This document shows, in pieces, positions 46,407 through 53,290 of a DNA stretch of 64,000 bases (the stretch's first letter is position 1; every line of letters starts with the position of its first letter). The notes beneath the pieces are model-generated. The model saw only the letters and a program-made list of their open reading frames with translations. It was not told the DNA's origin and did no database searches. Origin of the DNA: Gemmatales bacterium (lineage in GTDB: Bacteria > Planctomycetota > Planctomycetia > Gemmatales > HRBIN36). The stretch covers positions 248,244 through 312,243 of the forward strand of contig JAXMBC010000001.1 of the NCBI GenBank assembly GCA_046350055.1. Reading direction: 5' to 3'. The translations under genes and the position numbers were made by a program.

Positions 46407-47582
46407 TCACTTTGTAGCCAGTTCCACACACACCACCGCATCGCTGCTGCGTAAATACAGCCGTGTCCCCACCAGGGCTGGATGTGCATAGAGCCCTTTC
46501 TCATCGGGGAAGACTTTCAGCCTGCCCAGGAGATTGAACTTTGCAGGCGTTGCCTCCACCAGCAAGAGTTCACCTTCGGACGTAGTGATGAGCAACCGCT
46601 TTTCGCTGGCCATAATGCTGGTGTGATTGGCAAAAGCATCATCCTCCGCTCGCCAAATGGTTTTCAGACCATTCCTGACATCAAGGCAAACCATGTCGCG
46701 CCAGACGCCATAGAGATGATCACCGACAATGACAGGGCTGTGGGTCTCGGGCGTCAGGTCCATGCTTGCAGCCAGCGGCTCAGGCTTGATTTTCCCGTCA
46801 GCGTGGAAGGCATACAGTCGGGTGCCATTGTTCTCGGTGGTAACGACCAGGTGTTCACCCGTCACCATCGGTGTGGGCACGTTGTAATCGCTCTCTTTCT
46901 TCGGCTTCAGCGTCCATAGTCGCTGACCGGTGGCGAGATCCCAGCCACCCAGGGTGCTGGCATCGTGCCCGATGATCTGCTTCTTGCCACCGAGCGTAGC
47001 CACGATCAGCGAACCATAGGAGGCAGGCTGGCCGGGAGTTTTCCAAAGCACCTTGCCACTGAGTGGCTCCAGGGCGACCAGTGATGCATCAGGGGCTCCG
47101 GGAGCGAGGATTAATTTGCCATCCACTAACAGCGGTGTGCCACAGTGTCCCCAGGTGAGTTTCTCGACATTGAACTCGGCACGAACATCCATCTGCCAGA
47201 CAGGTACACCCGTTTTGAGTTCAACACAATGGAGATGCCCCCAGGCTCCGAAGAAATAAACATGTTCACCAGAAATAAGGGGTGTCGTGCGCGGAGAAGA
47301 ACCATAATCGAGTTCGCCCGGCGCGGGGTGCCGCAAGGCCCACAGCTCTTCGCCAGTCTCCGCCTTCAGGCAGCGGAAGACATCCATGGAGTTGTTCAGC
47401 CCACGTTCGGAGTAGAGTACATATTCGCTGGTGGCTGCCACACCTCCCAGGCCTGGAGAACCTGTACGCGTACGCCAGCGAATAGTCGGCTGGGCTTGCA
47501 ATTTCTCCGGCAGCCAACGAACATGGCCCCGTCGGCCGGGGCCACGCCAGTCAGTCCAGCCTTGTTCATCGATTACTTTTTT
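46407..47582 (-). CDS. PQQ-like (BamB-type) beta-propeller repeat protein, lacking its own start codon and signal peptide; probably expressed as a -1 frameshift extension of, or a homopolymer-indel fusion with, the upstream binding protein
   Basis: The frame is open from 47582. The conserved propeller N-terminal motif W-T-D-W-R-G-P-G-R-R-G is encoded at ~47558..47526, upstream of the first start candidates (TTG 47501, ATG 47387). The repetitive beta-strand pattern has recurrent G-x-x-LW/VW. Confidence 0.7.
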   Translation of the reverse strand, partial: KKVIDEQGWTDWRGPGRRGHVRWLPEKLQAQPTIRWRTRTGSPGLGGVAATSEYVLYSERGLNNSMDVFRCLKAETGEELWALRHPAPGELDYGSSPRTTPLISGEHVYFFGAWGHLHCVELKTGVPVWQMDVRAEFNVEKLTWGHCGTPLLVDGKLILAPGAPDASLVALEPLSGKVLWKTPGQPASYGSLIVATLGGKKQIIGHDASTLGGWDLATGQRLWTLKPKKESDYNVPTPMVTGEHLVVTTENNGTRLYAFHADGKIKPEPLAASMDLTPETHSPVIVGDHLYGVWRDMVCLDVRNGLKTIWRAEDDAFANHTSIMASEKRLLITTSEGELLLVEATPAKFNLLGRLKVFPDEKGLYAHPALVGTRLYLRSSDAVVCVELATK

Positions 47583-48445
47583 TTAGAGGGTACCTGATAG
47601 GCAACGAACCCAGCCTTGGTCTCGAGCGCAGCAAGCAGCGCTGTGTCGCCGGAGACTTTCAACAGGGCTTCCTGCACCCGGTGTTGCTCCGCCGTGGGGA
47701 GCTTTTCATTGATGAATGCGGTGATGAAGGCTACCGGTTCCGTTTCACCAACTACTCGCAGATCCCCCTTCTTGATGGTGCCACAGCCTTCGAGCAGCGG
47801 CTTGGCGTAGCTGGAAATGACAGCTGCAGCTTTGACACCGTTCTTGTGCATATCCAGGATAGCCGTGGCTCCATCACTGCAAGCGGCACAGGTTTCGTGC
47901 TTCTCCTTGGGAGGCACCGCAACCTCATTATCTTTCAGCAGATACAAGGCAGCCTGGTACTTCTCATCGCAATCGGTTGAGCCGAAGAGGATGCGGTAAC
48001 CCTTCAGATCAGCCACTGTCAGGGCGGCGTCCTTGTTGGGTACCACAATAAGGCCGGTCTGGGTGGTGCTGCCATCCTTGCCGGTGAGCGAGGCGATGGG
48101 CTTCAGGGATAGTTTGCTGAGTGGCCCCTGATGGGCGATAACCGAGTGTTTGCCAATAATCAGGTCCGCCTTACCCTGGCTCTTGCGTTCGAGTGCTGCA
48201 GCAAGCGATTCAGCGAAGTGTACCTGTACAGAAATGTTGAGCTGCTGTTCGAGATACTTGGCCAGCTTCTCGTAATCGCGCTGGGCGTAACCTTTCACGC
48301 AATCGCAGGAGAGTGGAGCTGAGAGCGGGTCCATGACGATCATGGTCATAACCTGCTTCTCTTCAGCGCGGGCAGATGGCACGGTGCTCATGCTGAGTGA
48401 CAGGCAGACCGCAAACAGGCTGAGGAAGGCAACGATGCGTTTCAT
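47573..48445 (-). CDS. periplasmic substrate-binding protein, PhnD/SsuA-like fold
   Basis: Signal MKRIVAFLSLFAVCLSLSMSTVPSARA. The two-lobed binding-protein pattern includes DLIIGKHSV and LIVVPNKD. Several Cys pairs (CDC, CAAC). Confidence 0.65.
   Translation of the reverse strand: MKRIVAFLSLFAVCLSLSMSTVPSARAEEKQVMTMIVMDPLSAPLSCDCVKGYAQRDYEKLAKYLEQQLNISVQVHFAESLAAALERKSQGKADLIIGKHSVIAHQGPLSKLSLKPIASLTGKDGSTTQTGLIVVPNKDAALTVADLKGYRILFGSTDCDEKYQAALYLLKDNEVAVPPKEKHETCAACSDGATAILDMHKNGVKAAAVISSYAKPLLEGCGTIKKGDLRVVGETEPVAFITAFINEKLPTAEQHRVQEALLKVSGDTALLAALETKAGFVAYQVPSKKK
47576..47582 (-). promoter_or_regulatory. candidate -1 programmed ribosomal frameshift heptamer A_AAA_AAG
   Basis: The minus strand reads TCT AAA AAA AAG TAA. 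The heptamer is in the X_XXY_YYZ register of the binding-protein frame. The -1 frame continues GTA ATC GAT GAA CAA GGC TGG into the propeller ORF. Confidence 0.45.
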
Positions 48446-48561
48446 GGAGTCGTCTCGCAGAGACAGTGTTGTTGACTAACAGCCGAGTGCTACAGCCGCG
48501 TTAACAGCGGCTCGGCAGGAGTCTCGCCCTTCTGCCCAATGTTTTATAACCCGCTGCTAGC

Positions 48562-49851
48562 TCATTTCTGTACGACGAGCTTCTTCCTGGCCAGGATGAA
48601 GATCTTGGAGCCAGGCTGATCGCAGAAGTAGACCTTCTCTTCGTTGGGTGACATTGCGATGGCGACGTTCTTGCAGCCTCCGCTGATCTGTACCTTGCCG
48701 ACGACACCCAGGAACTCGCCCGTAGCACTGAAGCGTTTGACAAAGCCTTCCGATTCAGCGGTGAAGATGTCACCCTTGGCCCCGGCTCGCAGGTTCATGG
48801 GATTACAGCAACCACCAAAGCAGCTCATATCCTTATCGCCAGGTTTGCCCCATTTGCCGAGGGACTTGCCTTCCCTGCTGTAACGGGCAAACTTCTTGAG
48901 GGTGTTCTCTGCTACGAGGATATTCTCGCCTTCACAGCAGATGTCCATCTGGCCGCAACAGCCACCCAGCCCACCGATGACCTGCTTAGGTTCTTCAAAC
49001 TGGTGGTTCATACGCCAGACGGCATAGCCCCAGCCCTTGGTCTCGCCACAGACGATGAAGAGTTCCTTGTCGGAAACAGCGACAGCATTGATGTATCGCA
49101 GCCGGGTAAGGGTCTCGCTCACCACGCTGTCCACCGTACGGCTGGAGTAGTACTTCTCTGACTCCTTGTACGATTCCAGAATCTGCTCATACTGCTTGAT
49201 CATCTGCTTGTCGCGTGCCGTCAATTCATCAGCTTTCTTCTTCTCCAGCTTGTCCTTCATGTCCTTGATCTGCTTGATCTGTTGAGCGAACGATTCCTTC
49301 TCCTGTTTGAGCTGCACTTCCGCGTCCTTCTTCATCTGTTCCTTGTTGCTGCTCAGCTTGGCAATGTGAGGCAGTTCGAGGGTCTTGATGAGCTTGCCAT
49401 CTTTTTCGAAGGTGGCAATGTGAGCATCACCTGCCACGTAGACTTTGCCATCGGGACCGCTGGCAATGCACTGGGCCTTGAAGGGGACATTCCACTGGCG
49501 AATCGCTTTGCCCTCCGAGGAGAAAACCTGCACTTCGCTGGTGACGGCACTTTTGCTATCTGTGGGGGGACCATAACGAGCAGGAGCGACCACTGCCAGG
49601 ATGTTGCCTTCTGCATCAGAGCACAGCGTCTGGAGGGAATTGCCGCTGTGTTTGCCCTTGACCTTGATCTCGACCAGCTTGTCATGCGTGGGGTTGTTCT
49701 TTTCGTCGACTTCCTTCGTGGCAGCAGCACTATCAGCCACTTTTTTGCTTGCAGGAGCCTTGGGCAGCGAGGCATCATCATCGGCCCAGGCACTCAGCGT
49801 CAGAGCGCTCATCACTGCCAGGCCACACAACCAGCTACGCAGATGCTTCAT
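48562..49851 (-). CDS. secreted beta-propeller (NHL-like) protein with a coiled-coil insertion and GGCC motifs
   Basis: Signal MKHLRSWLCGLAVMSALTLSAWA from ATG 49851. A K/E/Q-rich ~70-aa helical insert. Repeated GGCCGQMDICC, FGGCCNPMN and SGGCKNVAI motifs. Confidence 0.7.
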   Translation of the reverse strand: MKHLRSWLCGLAVMSALTLSAWADDDASLPKAPASKKVADSAAATKEVDEKNNPTHDKLVEIKVKGKHSGNSLQTLCSDAEGNILAVVAPARYGPPTDSKSAVTSEVQVFSSEGKAIRQWNVPFKAQCIASGPDGKVYVAGDAHIATFEKDGKLIKTLELPHIAKLSSNKEQMKKDAEVQLKQEKESFAQQIKQIKDMKDKLEKKKADELTARDKQMIKQYEQILESYKESEKYYSSRTVDSVVSETLTRLRYINAVAVSDKELFIVCGETKGWGYAVWRMNHQFEEPKQVIGGLGGCCGQMDICCEGENILVAENTLKKFARYSREGKSLGKWGKPGDKDMSCFGGCCNPMNLRAGAKGDIFTAESEGFVKRFSATGEFLGVVGKVQISGGCKNVAIAMSPNEEKVYFCDQPGSKIFILARKKLVVQK

Positions 49852-49998
49852 GATACGACCCCTGAGAAATCCAACCGTTACTGATATGACGAACTTCAAA
49901 CCAGAACGATTGGTTCGTTCGGTGAATAGATGATAATTCATCCATTGTGCGAGAGCAAGCGAATGTGGTAAGCCATGCTCGAGTTTAATGATTACTCA

Positions 49999-51915
49999 TT
50001 ATTGGGGTCTGGCACTACGTAATGGCTGTTCCCTGCTGAATGTACTCTCCGGTGCATGCATCACCTTGAGCCACGATTGATACGGCGAGCCGCCGTATCC
50101 AGCACTGCCGAAGTCGCATAGTTTCAATGAATTACCATCGGTCGTCGGCAACTCCAGCAAAAGCAGTGGCGGCTGGCGACCGGACCAGTTGATCACCTTC
50201 CCCACCAGCCCCTGAGCATCCAGCGTGGGAAGCTTGTCGGGATCCATCGCATTGAACCGGCGGTCGTATGTGAGCAACAGTGGTCCACGATAGATCGAGA
50301 CGTAGCCCTGGCATTCCCGCGCACCTGTCCAGAAGTGCAGTGACTCGTCCAATTGTATTTCCACCACATCGCCAGCCTGCCAGCCACGTTCCAGCTTCAA
50401 ATAGTGGCCCGGCTTCTCATCTTGAACAGCCTGCCCATTCACACGAACCGTGGTGCGGGCTGACCAGTGTGGAATACGCAACCGCAACGCAAAGGTGATT
50501 GGCCGTGCCGGATCAACTTTCAGCTTGATCGATCCTGATACCGGGTACGTTGTCTCCTGCCCCAGTTTGAGCTCAACCTCCTTCCACTTTGTGGTAATGG
50601 TTCCTGGCCCATACCAGTTGAGCAACACCCCTTCGGAATCGTGGAGCAAGGCCCAGTCGCTGATCATGCCGAAGCCTCGCGCGCCATTGACGCTGCAGCA
50701 GTTGAGTTCCGGCGAACCTTCGCGGGCCTGAAAGACAATATCGTGAGCACTGGCTTTGCGGACGCCATCCATGGGAGTGTTGTAGGTGCACCAGCGGCCA
50801 CTGGATGAGTGCATGCCCACCACAGAATTGAGGGTCGAGAGTTCCAACTCGTCTGCAACAATCGAGTTGCCAGTGAGATGCAGCATGTCCACGCTCATCG
50901 CCAGCCAGGCAATGGTGCAGCAGGTTTCGATGGCTCCCCGATGATACGGGTTACCCTGAGCCTGTTCCCCGGAGGAGAAGCCGCCGTTATTGTGGCGATC
51001 GAGTTTCACGATGCTCCACCACCATTGCTCGAAGGCCTGGCGATACCGAACATCACCGGTGAGATAATACAACTGCACCAGACCCTGGATTGCATGCAGG
51101 CTTTCCCATCGGGGCTTGGGCGACTGGAAAAACTCCTTGCCTGCGAGGGCGGCTTGTAGATAGTCCCCCGCCAGCGGTTTGCCCGTCGTATCTCTGGCTG
51201 CGAACTCGTCAGCAATCTGCCTGGCCAGTGCCAGGTACTTCGTCTCTCTCGCCTTGCGATACAGCAGGCACAGTGAGTGAACCGGAGCCAGGTTCATTTC
51301 GGTGCTGCCTGTGTCCACCAGCCGAGGCGACTTGCCGAGGAAGCTATCACACAAGATGTTGCCTATTCGTATCGCTGCCTGCAAAGCTGCTGGGTCGTGC
51401 GCCTCTTCGCTCCAGAGCAGCAGGCCGAGCATCATGTGGTAATGCCCCCAGGCATCCCACGTGGGACCACCTTTGGTCCCAGCATTGGGAGCATGCCCGG
51501 TCAGTCGATGGGCTTGCGGCCAGGGACCGAAGTATCCATCGCTCGCTTGCAAGGGAAGTAACTCGGCAACAAATCGCTGCAACACGGCCTTCAGTTGAGG
51601 ATCACGTGTCAGCCGATACACCTGCACCGCACCGGTCAGGTATTTTCCAGCGAACTCACCTGCCCATGGCTCCATCATGCGATGCGGAAGTCTCTCTCGA
51701 TCACGGAACATCTCCAGGATGGCAGGGTTGGCATCAGGCACGATCTTGAGCCAATTCTCACTCACCCGGGTGAGGTAGGTATGCAGTATGCCTTGCAACT
51801 GAAACCGAGTAGAGAGTGATGTGGACAGTGCAGGCTGGGGTAATGAGGTTTGTTCCACCGCTGAGATGGTATAACACAACACCAGCACATTGAGGGAGAG
51901 AAACCAGCGTATCAT
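49999..51915 (-). CDS. glycoside hydrolase family 127-like (DUF1680, beta-L-arabinofuranosidase-type) protein
   Basis: About 640 aa with signal MIRWFLSLNVLVLCYTISA. An (alpha/alpha)6-like N-terminal half contains HYHMMLGLLLW and CCTIAWLAM, followed by C-terminal beta domains. Family assignment is from memory of the GH127 layout. Confidence 0.6.
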   Translation of the reverse strand: MIRWFLSLNVLVLCYTISAVEQTSLPQPALSTSLSTRFQLQGILHTYLTRVSENWLKIVPDANPAILEMFRDRERLPHRMMEPWAGEFAGKYLTGAVQVYRLTRDPQLKAVLQRFVAELLPLQASDGYFGPWPQAHRLTGHAPNAGTKGGPTWDAWGHYHMMLGLLLWSEEAHDPAALQAAIRIGNILCDSFLGKSPRLVDTGSTEMNLAPVHSLCLLYRKARETKYLALARQIADEFAARDTTGKPLAGDYLQAALAGKEFFQSPKPRWESLHAIQGLVQLYYLTGDVRYRQAFEQWWWSIVKLDRHNNGGFSSGEQAQGNPYHRGAIETCCTIAWLAMSVDMLHLTGNSIVADELELSTLNSVVGMHSSSGRWCTYNTPMDGVRKASAHDIVFQAREGSPELNCCSVNGARGFGMISDWALLHDSEGVLLNWYGPGTITTKWKEVELKLGQETTYPVSGSIKLKVDPARPITFALRLRIPHWSARTTVRVNGQAVQDEKPGHYLKLERGWQAGDVVEIQLDESLHFWTGARECQGYVSIYRGPLLLTYDRRFNAMDPDKLPTLDAQGLVGKVINWSGRQPPLLLLELPTTDGNSLKLCDFGSAGYGGSPYQSWLKVMHAPESTFSREQPLRSARPQ

Positions 51916-52033
51916 GCCAAGCTCCAAAGGTCAGGGCGTGATGGTACCCCCGCTGATGAGCAAGGCACAAGCAAAATCTGCCACTCGTCAGAGGGAACGT
52001 GCCGAGTATCCTGATAACAGAAGGAGTTTGAGC

Positions 52034-52909
52034 ATGCGATTCACCAAGATGCACGGCATCGGCAACGACTATGTTTACGTCGACTGCATTACTGAACCGT
52101 TGAAAGCTGACATCCCGCAGTTGGCCATCAAGATCAGTGACCGGCACTTTGGCGTCGGCTCTGATGGCTTGATCCTGATCTGTCCTTCCGAGCGAGCCGA
52201 TGTTCGCATGCGCATGTTCAACGCCGATGGCAGCGAAGGGGAAATGTGCGGTAATGGCATACGCTGCGTTGCCAAGTATGTCTACGATCATAGCCTGGCC
52301 AGGAAGGACACGCTCAAGATCGAAACCGGTCGCGGCATTCTGGAACTGAAACTACTTACCAGTGGCGGCAAAGTCACCCAGGTGACCGTCGACATGGGCG
52401 AACCCATCCTTGAAGGATCACGCATCCCAACGATCTGGGACAAACCCAGTATCGTCCAGCATGTGCTGGAAGACGACTGGGGTGAACAGGTCATTGACAT
52501 GGCAGAAGGTTGTGGCCTGGAACCGACCATGACGTGCGTTAGCATGGGCAACCCCCATGTCGTGCTCTACTGCAAGGATGTGAACAAGCTGCCGCTGAGT
52601 AGCGTCGGCCCCATTCTGGAACATGCCGAGGTCTTCCCCCGCCGGATCAATGTTCACTTTGTGCAGATTCACGAGGGCGATGAAGTGACGATGCGCACCT
52701 GGGAACGAGGCAGCGGCATCACGCTGGCCTGTGGCACAGGTGCTTGTGCCGTCTGCGTGGCGGGGGTGCTGACCAGCCAGACCAATAGACAACTGCTGGC
52801 TCACCTTCCCGGTGGCGACCTGCAACTCCACTGGGAAGCTGCCAGCAATCATGTCTTCATGACAGGGCCTGCGACTGAGGTGTTCAGCGGCGAGTGGCGG
52901 ATTGACTAA
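52034..52909 (+). CDS. dapF: diaminopimelate epimerase
   Basis: MRFTKMHGIGNDYVYVD, FNADGSEGEMCGNGIRC and ACGTGACA (the two catalytic Cys motifs). AAGGAG lies 7 nt upstream of ATG 52034. Confidence 0.93.
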   Translation: MRFTKMHGIGNDYVYVDCITEPLKADIPQLAIKISDRHFGVGSDGLILICPSERADVRMRMFNADGSEGEMCGNGIRCVAKYVYDHSLARKDTLKIETGRGILELKLLTSGGKVTQVTVDMGEPILEGSRIPTIWDKPSIVQHVLEDDWGEQVIDMAEGCGLEPTMTCVSMGNPHVVLYCKDVNKLPLSSVGPILEHAEVFPRRINVHFVQIHEGDEVTMRTWERGSGITLACGTGACAVCVAGVLTSQTNRQLLAHLPGGDLQLHWEAASNHVFMTGPATEVFSGEWRID

Positions 52910-52921
52910 GCTCCAGCCATA

Positions 52922-53182
52922 TCACAGAGTAACAACATAACCACTGTCAATCACCAGATATCCGTCGTCAACCCATTGTGCGGGTACGAGAGCCTGCACT
53001 TTGGAGAGCTTGGCACCCACGACGAAGTTACTCCGTTCACTGTAAGGGCGAGCCACCTTGGCTTTGCTCGTACTACTTTGTGTCCCGTCAATCAGCACCC
53101 ACTTTGGCAAGCGAGGTGTCGGGGGCGAAACGGAAATGGAATCAATGGTCATTTCCGTGGTCGTCGTATTTCTTCCAGCCAT
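52922..53182 (-). CDS. small hypothetical protein (86 aa)
   Basis: GGGAGGTG lies 7 nt upstream of ATG 53182, downstream of the kinase gene on the same strand. No family recognised. Confidence 0.45.
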   Translation of the reverse strand: MAGRNTTTTEMTIDSISVSPPTPRLPKWVLIDGTQSSTSKAKVARPYSERSNFVVGAKLSKVQALVPAQWVDDGYLVIDSGYVVTL

Positions 53183-53290
53183 GACTACACCTCCCTGGGG
53201 TTTTGGAGAAAAACCACGTTCGTGGCGGATACTGAAGCCAACATTGTGTGTGCATATTTGCCGAATGTAAATCAAAAAGAGCATTGCACA

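Noticed and set aside
47566-47568. ATG 5 nt after the binding-protein stop as the start of the propeller gene
   Set aside because: It lies in the binding-protein frame, not the propeller frame. It opens only a short unrelated ORF (MNKAGLTGVAPADG...).
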